From Microgenomates group bacterium (GTDB taxonomy: Bacteria; Patescibacteriota; Microgenomatia; Daviesbacterales; UBA10151): a DNA stretch of 64,000 nucleotides. The stretch spans positions 448,589 through 512,588 of the forward strand of contig JBAZXP010000001.1 in NCBI GenBank assembly GCA_041659805.1, in the 5' to 3' direction. Positions 27,537 to 37,111 of the stretch are shown here, in pieces (the first letter of the stretch is position 1; every line of letters starts with the position of its first letter). The position numbers were made by a program, and so were the translations under genes. The notes beneath the pieces are model-generated. The model saw nothing but the letters and a program-made list of their open reading frames with translations, ran no database searches and was not told the origin of the DNA.

Positions 27537-28622
27537 TTAGCAGTTGCTTTTGTCCAGTGTCCTTATTTCAGCCTCAATAAAATCCTGTAAATCACCATCT
27601 AAAACAGCATCTGTATTGGAAGTTTCCACATCAGTGCGCAAGTCTTTGACCATATGATATGGATGCAGAACATAAGATCTGATTTGGGTGCCCCAGGAAG
27701 CCTGCCTATTTTCTCCTTTTAAATCTTCTGTTGTTTGTTTTTCCTGAGATTGCTGCAGAGCCCAAAGTTTTGCTTTCAGTAAAGCCATGGCATTTTCCCT
27801 GTTTTGCAGCTGAGACCTTTCTGTTTGGGCTGTTACCACAATCCCAGATGGTAAATGTTTCACCCGAACAGCTGTATTAACTTTATTAACATTTTGTCCT
27901 CCTGCCCCTCCTGATCTGAAAGCTTCAAATTCAACATCTGCAGGATTTATTTCTATTTCTGCGTCTCCTTCTATAACAGGCAAAACCTCAACCAGACAAA
28001 AAGAAGTCTGCCTTAGCTTATCAGCGTTAAAAGGGGATTGTCTGACCAGTCTGTGGGTGCCTGCTTCACCTTTTAAATACCCATAAGCAAAAGGTGTGTG
28101 AACTATCATAGAAATGGATTTAATACCCGCTTCTTCACCCATATCTTCGTTGGTAATTTCAAATTCCCAGCCTACACGATCAAAAAACCTTTGGTACATG
28201 CGTGAAACCATGCCTGCCCAATCCATAGCCTCCACTCCTCCTGCACCTGAATGAACAGATAAAATTGCCTCAGAGGCGTCCCGCGGACCTGATAAAAATA
28301 GCTGCATTTCCAGTGCGTCTAAAGTTTTGGTTAAATCCCGGGATTCTTTGGATAAATCTTCTTTCATTGATTCCTCGTCGCTCATTTCCAGTGCATCTTC
28401 AATTCTTTGTTCTAAACCTTCCAGGGTATTAAGCAGTTTTTGTTTTTGGGACAGCGCCTGGGAAACTTTTTTTGCTGTCTGGGAATCATTCCAAAAACCG
28501 GGTTTGTTCATTTCTACTTCCAGTTCCCTGATCTCACCCTGAATTTTATCTCTGTCAAATTGGGCAGAAATTTTTCCAAATCTGTCTTTTAAATTTTTTA
28601 AACTATCTTTAATTTCTTCCAT
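27537..28622 (-). CDS. prfB: Peptide chain release factor 2, continuous frame
   Basis: SPF recognition motif (LVRQSPFN), GGAGGQ, WGTQIRSY. Start at ATG 28622 (TGgTATAAT-N6-ATG). Confidence 0.96.
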   Translation of the reverse strand: MEEIKDSLKNLKDRFGKISAQFDRDKIQGEIRELEVEMNKPGFWNDSQTAKKVSQALSQKQKLLNTLEGLEQRIEDALEMSDEESMKEDLSKESRDLTKTLDALEMQLFLSGPRDASEAILSVHSGAGGVEAMDWAGMVSRMYQRFFDRVGWEFEITNEDMGEEAGIKSISMIVHTPFAYGYLKGEAGTHRLVRQSPFNADKLRQTSFCLVEVLPVIEGDAEIEINPADVEFEAFRSGGAGGQNVNKVNTAVRVKHLPSGIVVTAQTERSQLQNRENAMALLKAKLWALQQSQEKQTTEDLKGENRQASWGTQIRSYVLHPYHMVKDLRTDVETSNTDAVLDGDLQDFIEAEIRTLDKSNC

Positions 28623-28628
28623 GGGCAA

Positions 28629-28637
28629 ATTATACCA
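28629..28637 (-). promoter_or_regulatory. Extended -10 TGgTATAAT 6 nt before the prfB ATG
   Basis: Minus strand TGGTATAAT-ttgccc-ATG. Confidence 0.65.
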
Positions 28638-28700
28638 GCATAGCTCTTTCTAGTCATTGTGAGGAACCTTAGTTTTGCTTAGTACTGTGGTAATTTTTTA

Positions 28701-29234
28701 TCAAAATTTAGGATAAAATTCTAAGGATTTTCGCCATTTTTGATCTATTTCTTGTGGATATAAAACTTTTCTTTCTGCATCATTAGTAATAGAGTTTCTT
28801 CGGGTTTCTATAACAAATTCATCCCAACTTATTGGTACATATCCTGATTTTTTCATTTCCTCAATTAACCAATCTGCTTGATCTGGGGTAGCTCCATTAA
28901 ATCTGATTTTTCTCCAGAAATTAATACTTCCGTGATATAAGTAATGCGGTATGACTATTCCAGTAGATAAAGGGAGATTATTTTGTGCAAACTCAATAAG
29001 CTTTTTAGCTTCTTCTTCTGTAGAGGCTAAGTTCCCGTTTTTAGCATCACCATAGTGTAACCCCCATTGATAATTAGGCGATAAGTATTTTTCAATTCTT
29101 TCTATTGCCACGTTGCAAGCTTTGATAGCCCCAAGATCAGTAGGGGAGGGATCAAAATATCCTTCTGGGCGGAGACCATCTGAAGGGCAATATGCATAAT
29201 ATAATTTTAAGTCAGCATATCTTTCTGTAAGCAT
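28701..29234 (-). CDS. Hypothetical soluble protein
   Basis: 177-aa ORF filling the gap; TATAAT 10 nt upstream; no recognisable motif. Confidence 0.65.
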   Translation of the reverse strand: MLTERYADLKLYYAYCPSDGLRPEGYFDPSPTDLGAIKACNVAIERIEKYLSPNYQWGLHYGDAKNGNLASTEEEAKKLIEFAQNNLPLSTGIVIPHYLYHGSINFWRKIRFNGATPDQADWLIEEMKKSGYVPISWDEFVIETRRNSITNDAERKVLYPQEIDQKWRKSLEFYPKF

Positions 29235-29296
29235 TGTTTGAGATATTATAAGATAATAATCTAAAATACAAGGAGAATATGTGCTAAAATTTGAGC

Positions 29297-29605
29297 ATGA
29301 TACTTCATATAAATACTAAAGATTCTAAGTTAATAACCGTTGCTTTGAAGGATAAAAATAAAGTGGTGGGTGAAATGTCTGAGGAAAATGAATACGGCTC
29401 ACAGGTTTTACTTCCTTTAATTACTAAATTACTTAAAAAAGAGGATTTGGAATTTAAGGATTTAACAGAGGTGGAAGTTGAAGAAGGACCAGGTTCTTTT
29501 ACAGGACTAAGGGTTGGTGCTACTGTTGCTCAGGCTTTGGGATTTGCTTTAAATATTCCTGTTAACGGTAAACTTAATAGTCCTGTAAAATTAAAATATA
29601 CCTAA
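29297..29605 (+). CDS. tsaB: TsaB-like protein, N-terminal half only (about 102 aa)
   Basis: MILHINT, LLPLI..LL, GPGSFTGLRVG. Start re-called to ATG 29297 (TGcTAAAAT-N6-ATG). Confidence 0.85.
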   Translation: MILHINTKDSKLITVALKDKNKVVGEMSEENEYGSQVLLPLITKLLKKEDLEFKDLTEVEVEEGPGSFTGLRVGATVAQALGFALNIPVNGKLNSPVKLKYT

Positions 29606-29639
29606 GGTACAATTGGTGGTAATATATTGATAGGTTTTT

Positions 29640-30563
29640 ATGAAGATTTTACATTATTTTCTGCCACATCCTGAAACCCATAAAAAAGCAAAACTTTTAT
29701 CCTGGCATTTTTTATTAATTTATATCTTAATTTTTATCCTGATTAGGGTTGGAATAGATATTGTTTCTGTTTATAAACCGGGAGTCTTAGGAATTAGTGC
29801 AGAGTTAAGTGTGGATAAAATAATTTCTGACACCAACATTGAACGGCAAAAAGCGGGACTGCAGCCTGTAACTTATAATGCTGCCTTGTCTGAGGCAGCC
29901 AGAGCAAAAGCTCAAAACATGTTTGCAGAAAATTATTGGGCTCATTTTGCTCCCTCAGGTAAAGACCCTTGGGGTTTTATGAAAGCTGCAGGTTATAAAT
30001 TTTCTTATGCAGGCGAAAACTTAGCCAGAAATTTTACCAACTCAGATGATGTGGTGGCTGCCTGGATGGCTTCTCCGACTCACCGCGAGAATTTGTTAAG
30101 CCCCAGATATCAGGATATTGGGATAGCAATTGAAGAAGGGGTGCTGCAGGGGCAAACCACAACCTTGGTAGTACAAATGTTCGGTCATCCTTATGGGGTA
30201 GTGGCAGCTGAGCCTCAACAAAACGTTGTACAAAATAAACCTGTGACTGAGACCCCGAAAACAGTTCAGGTAACACCTGCTCCGGAAGTAAATATACCGC
30301 AGCCGCAAGTACCTAGTGCCAAAGAAGTTTTGCCTGCAACTCAAAATGCACCAGTTGCAAACTTCTTAATTGATCCTTCAATAATTATAAAAGCTGCAGG
30401 TATGAGTTTTTTTGTTCTGATTTCAGCTTTACTTTTGCTTGATTTTATAGTCTTAAAAAGAAGAGGGGTATTTAGGATATCTTCTGCTCATGTGGCTCAC
30501 TTAAGCTTTTTAGCGCTGGCTGGAGCATCAACATTACTTTCTAAGGTAGGAGAAATACTATGA
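29640..30563 (+). CDS. Membrane-anchored CAP (SCP) domain protein
   Basis: TNIERQKAGL, YWAH, AGENLA, WMASPTHRENLL, IGIA, VVQMFG; P/T/Q-rich linker; C-terminal TMs. Confidence 0.9.
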   Translation: MKILHYFLPHPETHKKAKLLSWHFLLIYILIFILIRVGIDIVSVYKPGVLGISAELSVDKIISDTNIERQKAGLQPVTYNAALSEAARAKAQNMFAENYWAHFAPSGKDPWGFMKAAGYKFSYAGENLARNFTNSDDVVAAWMASPTHRENLLSPRYQDIGIAIEEGVLQGQTTTLVVQMFGHPYGVVAAEPQQNVVQNKPVTETPKTVQVTPAPEVNIPQPQVPSAKEVLPATQNAPVANFLIDPSIIIKAAGMSFFVLISALLLLDFIVLKRRGVFRISSAHVAHLSFLALAGASTLLSKVGEIL

Positions 30564-30835
30564 CAAAAATTAAGTCTTTATTTAAAAAAGCATTCAGTAA
30601 AGCAGATCTGATTTGGACGTTTGTGGGCTCTGTCCCATTATTTATCATTGCTTTATTTTTATTCAGGTTTGCCCCGAATATACAATTTATAATCTTTTTT
30701 GTTGCCACAGTTTTTTATCTTCTTGTGGCACTAACTCATCATTTTAGGCACAAAACTTTGATTTTGGAGATTGTGATAGAATACATTTTAATTGCAGCTT
30801 TGGCACTTATTATTGTGCAAAGTTTGATTCTTTAA
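30560..30835 (+). CDS. Small 3-TM membrane protein
   Basis: Hydrophobic, ATGA overlap with the CAP gene, AGGAG upstream. Confidence 0.75.
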   Translation: MTKIKSLFKKAFSKADLIWTFVGSVPLFIIALFLFRFAPNIQFIIFFVATVFYLLVALTHHFRHKTLILEIVIEYILIAALALIIVQSLIL

Positions 30836-30838
30836 ATA

Positions 30839-31375
30839 ATGGATGACGTATTTATAAAAACAGATATAGAGGGAGTTTTTTTAGTTAACCGCCCTGTTTT
30901 TGCAGATGACAGAGGATTTTTCCATGAAACTTTCAGAATGAATGAGTTGGAAGAAAAACTCGGGAAACCTTTTAATATTGTTCAACAAAATCATTCCAGG
31001 TCAGTTAAAAATACATTAAGAGGCATACATGTTGCCCCTTGGTCAAAATTAATTTATGTTCCCCGCGGAAAAGTCCAACAAGTGGTGGTTGATTTAAGAC
31101 AGACTTCAGAAACATTCGGTAAATGGATTACAGTAGAGTTAGGAGAAGAAAATAAACAAGCCTTATTTATTCCGCCACAATGCGGCAATGCCTTTTTGGT
31201 TTTAAGTGAAGAGTGTGATTATACCTATCTGGTGACGGATTATTGGGCACCGGGGAAAGAAAAAAATGTTGTCTGGAATGACACTGATCTGAATATTGAC
31301 TGGCAGGTTAAAGAACCAGTACTCTCAGAAAAAGACCAAAATAATCCAACCTTTGAAGAGTATAAAAATTCATGA
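30839..31375 (+). CDS. rmlC: NDP-4-keto-6-deoxyhexose 3,5-epimerase (RmlC family)
   Basis: DDRGFF.E, NHSRS..NTLRGIH, VDLR..S.TFGKW, WND..LNIDW, SEKD. Confidence 0.92.
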   Translation: MDDVFIKTDIEGVFLVNRPVFADDRGFFHETFRMNELEEKLGKPFNIVQQNHSRSVKNTLRGIHVAPWSKLIYVPRGKVQQVVVDLRQTSETFGKWITVELGEENKQALFIPPQCGNAFLVLSEECDYTYLVTDYWAPGKEKNVVWNDTDLNIDWQVKEPVLSEKDQNNPTFEEYKNS

Positions 31376-32250
31376 AACAAAAACTTCTTATTTTCGGTGG
31401 AGCAGGACTAGTTGGCTCAAAATTTATTGAAATGTTCGGCGATCATTTTGAAATTGACGATCCCACCATTGATGAACTGGATATTTTAAACAAGGAAGTA
31501 GTTACAGATTATATAAAGAAATCTGGCGCAGAGTTTTTGATTAATTATGCAGCTTTCACTGATGTGGATAAGGCAGAAGCAGAAAAAGGTAACAAAGAGG
31601 GAATTGTTTATAAATTAAATGCAGGAATTGTCAAAGATCTTTGTGAAATTTGTACATCTTTAAATATGCATTATATTCATTTTTCAACAGACTATGTTTT
31701 TGATGGTAAAAAGGAAAGTCCTTATACAGAAGATGATAAACAAAATCCTTTAAGTTGGTATGGTCAGACAAAATATGAAGCAGAAAAATTTATTTTAGAA
31801 AGTAAGGCCCAAAGCACAATTATCAGACTCTCAATGCCTTTTTCCAGCTATTATGATTTGAAACAGGATATTGTCAGATTTTTTCTAAAACAGTTACAGG
31901 ATAATCAGGAAATCACTGCCATTAAAGATCAAATGGTGACACCTGTATTTGTAGATGATTTAGCAAATGCCTTAAAAGTTTTGATAGAACAAAAAGAAAC
32001 AGGAATTTATCATGCTGTGTGTACAAACTCCACTACCCCCTTTGATCTGGCAAAAATAATTGCCAAAGAATTTGGATTGGATGAAAACTTAGTTAAACCC
32101 ACAACAATTGAGGAATATAACCAAACAAGAACTGCCAAGAGATCTAAATATGGATGGTTGAGTGTTGAAAAATTTGAAAGTAAATTTGGAAAAGGTATCT
32201 TGCACAGTGTTGAAGAAAGTATTAATCTTTTTAAGAAACAAGTAGTATGA
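31372..32250 (+). CDS. rmlD: NDP-4-keto-sugar reductase (RmlD family)
   Basis: GGAGLVGS, AAFTDVDKAE, STDYVFDG, YGQTK, TP.FVDDLA. Confidence 0.92.
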   Translation: MKQKLLIFGGAGLVGSKFIEMFGDHFEIDDPTIDELDILNKEVVTDYIKKSGAEFLINYAAFTDVDKAEAEKGNKEGIVYKLNAGIVKDLCEICTSLNMHYIHFSTDYVFDGKKESPYTEDDKQNPLSWYGQTKYEAEKFILESKAQSTIIRLSMPFSSYYDLKQDIVRFFLKQLQDNQEITAIKDQMVTPVFVDDLANALKVLIEQKETGIYHAVCTNSTTPFDLAKIIAKEFGLDENLVKPTTIEEYNQTRTAKRSKYGWLSVEKFESKFGKGILHSVEESINLFKKQVV

Positions 32251-33281
32251 GCAACACAAATTCCAAGAAAAAAGCATTAATTACAGGTATTACGGGGCAA
32301 GACGGTTCTTTTTTAACTGAACTTTTACTTAAAAAGGGATATGAAGTAGCGGGATTTATCAGGTCAAATAGTACAGGAAGTCTTGGTAATGTAACCCACC
32401 TGCGTGATGAACTTCAATTTTATAGAGGCTCACTTGATGATGAAAGATCAATAGAAGAAGCTTTGTCTGATTTTCAGCCTGATGAAATTTATAATTTAGG
32501 GGCAGAAGCAGCTCCTTTTGATTCATTCCGTAGACCTGTTTATACATCTGATATAAATGCCTTGGGTCCATTAAGGGTTTTTGAAGCAGCTAATAGATTA
32601 CAAAGATCCTCAGGTAAAAGAATAAAAATTTATCAGGCCTCAACGTCTGAGATGTTTGGTGCTCCTCCGGAAATTCCCCAAAGCGAAACAACACCATTCA
32701 GGCCAAATAATCCCTATGGCGTGGCAAAATTATTTGCTCATTATAACGCCAGAATTTTAAGAGAGGGTACAAATAATATGTTTATTTGTTGTGGAATTTT
32801 ATTTAATCATGAAAGCCCAAGAAGGGGAATGCAATATGTAACCCGCAAAGTCACTGTGGCTGTTGCCTGTATTGCCAATAAGGTAAAAGATCCGCCATTA
32901 AATGAATTGGGACAGCCAATTATTACCAAGGACTGGAAAATTCAAATGGGGAATTTGGATGCTCAAAGGGATTGGGGATATGCCAAAGAATATGTGGAAG
33001 CAATGCATACTATGATGCAGCAAGAAAAAGCTGATGATTTTGTGATAGCAACAGGCGAAGTACATACCATAAAAGATTTACTGGAAGCAGCATTTTCTCA
33101 TGTTGGGTTAAACTGGAAAGATCATGTGGTAGTAAATCCTGATTTTGTTAGACCCCTAGAAACAGGTCCTCTTTGTGGAAATGCTGCAAAAGCTAAAAAG
33201 ATATTAAAGTGGGAACCAAAAACTACATTTAAAGAGTTGGTTGGGTTAATGGTAGACTCAGACCTCGCCAAATTCTCCTGA
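32247..33281 (+). CDS. gmd: GDP-mannose 4,6-dehydratase
   Basis: ALITGITGQDGS, YQASTSEMFG, PYGVAK, GILFNHESPRRG, GNLDAQRDWG. Confidence 0.95.
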   Translation: MSNTNSKKKALITGITGQDGSFLTELLLKKGYEVAGFIRSNSTGSLGNVTHLRDELQFYRGSLDDERSIEEALSDFQPDEIYNLGAEAAPFDSFRRPVYTSDINALGPLRVFEAANRLQRSSGKRIKIYQASTSEMFGAPPEIPQSETTPFRPNNPYGVAKLFAHYNARILREGTNNMFICCGILFNHESPRRGMQYVTRKVTVAVACIANKVKDPPLNELGQPIITKDWKIQMGNLDAQRDWGYAKEYVEAMHTMMQQEKADDFVIATGEVHTIKDLLEAAFSHVGLNWKDHVVVNPDFVRPLETGPLCGNAAKAKKILKWEPKTTFKELVGLMVDSDLAKFS

Positions 33282-33288
33282 CCACAGA

Positions 33289-33873
33289 CTACCAACCCTC
33301 GTCTGATCGACGTTTGGATAAAGTTTTTTTGGGATGATGAGAAGGAGTCTTTTTAAGTAAAAAATAAAAAATTCTACTTATTCCTTGTTCTTTGATAAAC
33401 CAAATAAATAAAAACCAGAAGAATATGGTTAAATAATAAAAACCATATAATCCTCTATCACTGCAAGTTGCTTTCATAAAAGGGAAGCCGGTGCCACTAC
33501 AACTACCAGGGAATAGCTCTACTATGTGATTTTTAAAAACAAAAAAATCTATTAACACCCAGATATAAGTACCCGCAATCCATAGAATAGGGCTTAGTAT
33601 AAGAAAAATAATAGTTTTTATTATTTTTAATTTCTTAAATATATAATAATTTAAAGCAAGAAAGGGAATCCAAATTATTGTATCAGTAATAATATTTACT
33701 GCCAATGCTCCTTGCTCACCTATCGTATTTGCTATACCTAGCTCTAATGGTAAATTTTCTTCCGAAATGAATATATTAAGCAAGGCATAGGAAATAGAAG
33801 CTTTCAAGGAAATTAAGAATGCTAAACAAATTAGTACTAGATAGATGGTAATCTTTTTTCTCTTTAAGTGCAT
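33289..33873 (-). CDS. Hypothetical 4-TM membrane protein (GFPF motif)
   Basis: Four hydrophobic segments, loop CSGTGFPF...C; TGtTAAGAT-N6-ATG upstream. Confidence 0.7.
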   Translation of the reverse strand: MHLKRKKITIYLVLICLAFLISLKASISYALLNIFISEENLPLELGIANTIGEQGALAVNIITDTIIWIPFLALNYYIFKKLKIIKTIIFLILSPILWIAGTYIWVLIDFFVFKNHIVELFPGSCSGTGFPFMKATCSDRGLYGFYYLTIFFWFLFIWFIKEQGISRIFYFLLKKTPSHHPKKTLSKRRSDEGW

Positions 33874-33982
33874 AATACTATCTTAACAAAAAAATTAAAA
33901 AAAAGTTGCTGATTAAGACCCCTAATTTTCTAGAACCATTTCTTAATTGCTGACTTACAGAAGTTGTGATATTGTTAAATTA

Positions 33983-34240
33983 ATGAGTAAAAAGAATATA
34001 TTCGTTGTAATAGGATTCTTGATATTAGGCTTAATTAGTACCTATATTGCTACTCTAATTGAAATTTTAATGAGCAGTAAAGTACTATCAGGAGCATCAG
34101 GTTTTCCGTTTAAGTATGGATATTCTTCTTTTTTTGGTGGTTCGACTATCAATCAATCAATGTTCATTGTTGATGTTATATTTTGGGCTGTTGTTTTATT
34201 TGGAATTTGGAAGTTATTTTTAAAACTTTCAAGAAGATAA
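33983..34240 (+). CDS. Small 2-TM membrane protein (GFPF motif)
   Basis: TM-SGFPF-loop-DVIFW-TM. Start at ATG 33983 after TTGCTG-17-TATTGT-N7. Confidence 0.7.
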   Translation: MSKKNIFVVIGFLILGLISTYIATLIEILMSSKVLSGASGFPFKYGYSSFFGGSTINQSMFIVDVIFWAVVLFGIWKLFLKLSRR

Positions 34241-37111
34241 TTAATATTTCACTTCTATGATTCCTTGATTAGTTAATAGTTCCAAGAATATAATTCCTTC
34301 TTTTTCTAATTTTTGTTCTTTAGAACCTTTTTGCTTAGTTTGAAGTTTTGTTATATTTTTTCTAGGATTAAAATCAGTGTTTATTTCTATCTGATTTTTA
34401 ATTTCAATTTTCTGTTCAAATTTCTTAATATTATCACTTCTTTTGTCGTTTTCCATGTCAACTGCAAACTCATTTTTGGGTAATTGTATAGGTGAGTTTG
34501 CATTATATGAAATATTTATAATTCTTAGTTTATTTTCTTCTTCATCCTTTTCATCTTCTTTTTCATCTTTATCTTCATCATGATTTTGTTCAGAATCTTG
34601 TGATTTTAGTTGTAGTTTTGTAGTATTACCAGCCTCGTCAGCTATGTTAATTTCAGAAGAACTCTGATTAACTTGTGTTGGGGTTAAATTATCTAACCCG
34701 ATAGTCTTAAATTGACTGGTTTGAAGATCAAAACTAATATTTACTTCTGGAGAAGTTTTATCAATTTTTATTTCTATTTCTTGAGGATTCTCCTCATTTC
34801 CGGCATTATCAGTGCTTTTTACCTTTAATTTGTTAATTCCTTCCTGCGAAATAGTAAAGGGTTCAGTATAGGTCTGTATAGTTTGTCCATTATCCAAAGA
34901 ATATTCTGTTTTTAATATTCCAGAACCATTTGTTTCATCAGTAGCGTTTAATTCAACTATCACATCACTTTTATACCAACTGTTGTTTCCTGTGGTTCCT
35001 GTGAGTTTTATAATTGTTGTGGGTGCAGTTTGATCATAACTTGCGTCTCCAGTTAAAATACTAGTGTCATTTACTTGAAAATCAGTAATTCCATTTCCAT
35101 CTGCGTCAATTTGTAAGATTGGTGGAGTAGTTGCAGCGGTATCGAAAGTGGTTTCTGCTTCAGTATCCTTTGTTAAAGGAACATCTTTGTATAAAATAGT
35201 TTTGTCATTCACATCATCTTTATAATTTCTGATTTTAAAATCAAAACTTCCCTGATCAGTTGCTTCAAATTTAACGATATAGGTTCCACCATCAGGTAGC
35301 CATATAAATTTTGCATCCCCTAAAACTTCATAAGAAGAACCGGGAATATTTGTTTCATAATCTCCGTTTGGTAAAGGACCTGTGTGGTTATTATTTTGAT
35401 CATATGCATGAATTAGAACAGGAGAATGAGAAGATAGGCCAGTGCCCTGGAAGCGATATGCAGTGGTGGATACTTCAGAAGGTAAAGAACTATCACCAGA
35501 TAGAATATTTTTAACTAAATTCATAGCAGGTCCATCGAAAACTAAATCACTGTGACGTTGATTCGTATAGTATATTATTGCTGTTCCTGCGATAGTTTTT
35601 ACTCCGTCTGTTAAAGAAGCGCTAAATAAAGGAACTGTGTCATCTCCATTAATTTTTCTTATATCTGTTTTAGGAATTTTTATACCTGCAAAATTTAGAT
35701 GATAGTCTTCTATAATTTGCCCGGTAGTTGCTTGCCCTGAGCCTGTAATAATAGAAGCATCAACTCCATTTAGATTGTTAAGATTATTGTCTAGATTATG
35801 AAAAGTTTCAGCTGGATTAAATAATGCGGTATTGTAACTCAGATTCGTAAGAGTAGTTTTAAGTTGTTGATAAGATAGAAAGCCAATTACTCCGTTATTA
35901 TCAACATCACGATTATCAACAAAAGGTATGGGGTGATTATTATCAGATCCATTATAAAAATTATAATATTTTTGAGAAGGAGCTAGCTCATATCCGCTAA
36001 TCATATTTCGAAGAATATCTTTGATTTCTGAATCCGGAATACCTAAGCAAAACGGTAAATTTAAAGAATCTAGCCAAGGTTTTGATAAGCAGCCTCCATA
36101 TATGAGATTTTTTAAGAAAAATGTTGTTCCTAGGTAAGGTGCGCCTAATGTAACTAATTTTCTGACATCTTGGGCTTTTACTGGATCATTAATATAATTT
36201 CTGGCAACTAGACCTCCCATGGAATGGCTTACTATATCTACTTTTTGGCTGCCTGTTAGATTTTTAATATTTGTTATTTTTTGATCTAGTAGAGGAAAAG
36301 TTTTTGCAATATCTTTTCTCCAATCATACGGAAAAACAAACAGGTCTTGGTTTAGTTTATATCCGTTATCTGTAAAGAATTTAATAGTATCTCCATATGC
36401 CCCTGAATAAATATTGTCCTCTATCAAAGTTAAATCTACTGGGCTTGTTATTCCATCAGGGTTTAATCCTAAAATATCAAAATAATCATCATTTCCCAGT
36501 GCCCTTCCTTCATCCTCATTTACCCAAACTTTTTCATCTGCAGGGTAAGTATGGTTATAAGTTCCTCCACGACTATCAGGCATAGACCAAAGGATTGTAT
36601 CTTTTGTTTTAAACTCTGATCCCCCTATTCCTGGAATAAAAATTACTGGTGTTTTGGGTGGGGTTGGGTCAGGAGCATTGGTGTTAACCAGATAAAGGGA
36701 TGAGCTGGCATAATATGCTCCACAAATATCCATAAGTTTAACCTGGACTTTATTCAGACCGGGTTTAAAAAGAGAGGTGAAATTTAGCGGAGGATTAAGA
36801 TGAATATAGGTGCAGTTACCGTCATACCTGGTAGTGCTTGATTCAGTGGTGCCATCGGGTCTTGTAACTGAAATAGAAATTGCATCATCAACTCTGGTAA
36901 CTCCTGTCCCGTCAGCGAATTCACCTAAAATAATTTGTCCACCTTGGTAATTCACATCAAAATCTGTAGTTAAAAAAGTTTCACCTGTTGGGGTCCATGT
37001 TTCATAGATACCTGTAGTAATGCTGTAAGGAATTGTTGCCGCACTAACTAAATTTGGAAAAAAGAGAAAAAGTAAAATTGCTGAAAACAAAATTTTGGTG
37101 ATCTTTATCAC
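34241..37111 (-). CDS. Large secreted LCAT/PGAP1-like alpha/beta-hydrolase (lipase/acyltransferase) with Ig-like C-terminal domains
   Basis: Signal peptide, PVIFIPGIGGS, FPYDWR, SHSMGG nucleophile elbow, LGAPYLG, GDDTVP, late His; D.TAP.T...W Ig-like module. Start GTG 37111 after TTGACT-17-GATACT-N6 (ORF track: 37117). Confidence 0.85.
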   Translation of the reverse strand: MIKITKILFSAILLFLFFPNLVSAATIPYSITTGIYETWTPTGETFLTTDFDVNYQGGQIILGEFADGTGVTRVDDAISISVTRPDGTTESSTTRYDGNCTYIHLNPPLNFTSLFKPGLNKVQVKLMDICGAYYASSSLYLVNTNAPDPTPPKTPVIFIPGIGGSEFKTKDTILWSMPDSRGGTYNHTYPADEKVWVNEDEGRALGNDDYFDILGLNPDGITSPVDLTLIEDNIYSGAYGDTIKFFTDNGYKLNQDLFVFPYDWRKDIAKTFPLLDQKITNIKNLTGSQKVDIVSHSMGGLVARNYINDPVKAQDVRKLVTLGAPYLGTTFFLKNLIYGGCLSKPWLDSLNLPFCLGIPDSEIKDILRNMISGYELAPSQKYYNFYNGSDNNHPIPFVDNRDVDNNGVIGFLSYQQLKTTLTNLSYNTALFNPAETFHNLDNNLNNLNGVDASIITGSGQATTGQIIEDYHLNFAGIKIPKTDIRKINGDDTVPLFSASLTDGVKTIAGTAIIYYTNQRHSDLVFDGPAMNLVKNILSGDSSLPSEVSTTAYRFQGTGLSSHSPVLIHAYDQNNNHTGPLPNGDYETNIPGSSYEVLGDAKFIWLPDGGTYIVKFEATDQGSFDFKIRNYKDDVNDKTILYKDVPLTKDTEAETTFDTAATTPPILQIDADGNGITDFQVNDTSILTGDASYDQTAPTTIIKLTGTTGNNSWYKSDVIVELNATDETNGSGILKTEYSLDNGQTIQTYTEPFTISQEGINKLKVKSTDNAGNEENPQEIEIKIDKTSPEVNISFDLQTSQFKTIGLDNLTPTQVNQSSSEINIADEAGNTTKLQLKSQDSEQNHDEDKDEKEDEKDEEENKLRIINISYNANSPIQLPKNEFAVDMENDKRSDNIKKFEQKIEIKNQIEINTDFNPRKNITKLQTKQKGSKEQKLEKEGIIFLELLTNQGIIEVKY

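Noticed and set aside
23130-33485. Identical heptapeptide FMKATCS in the M23 protein and in 33289-33873
   Set aside because: Flanks are unrelated and the codons differ; one 7-mer match among about 20,000 residues is plausible by chance.
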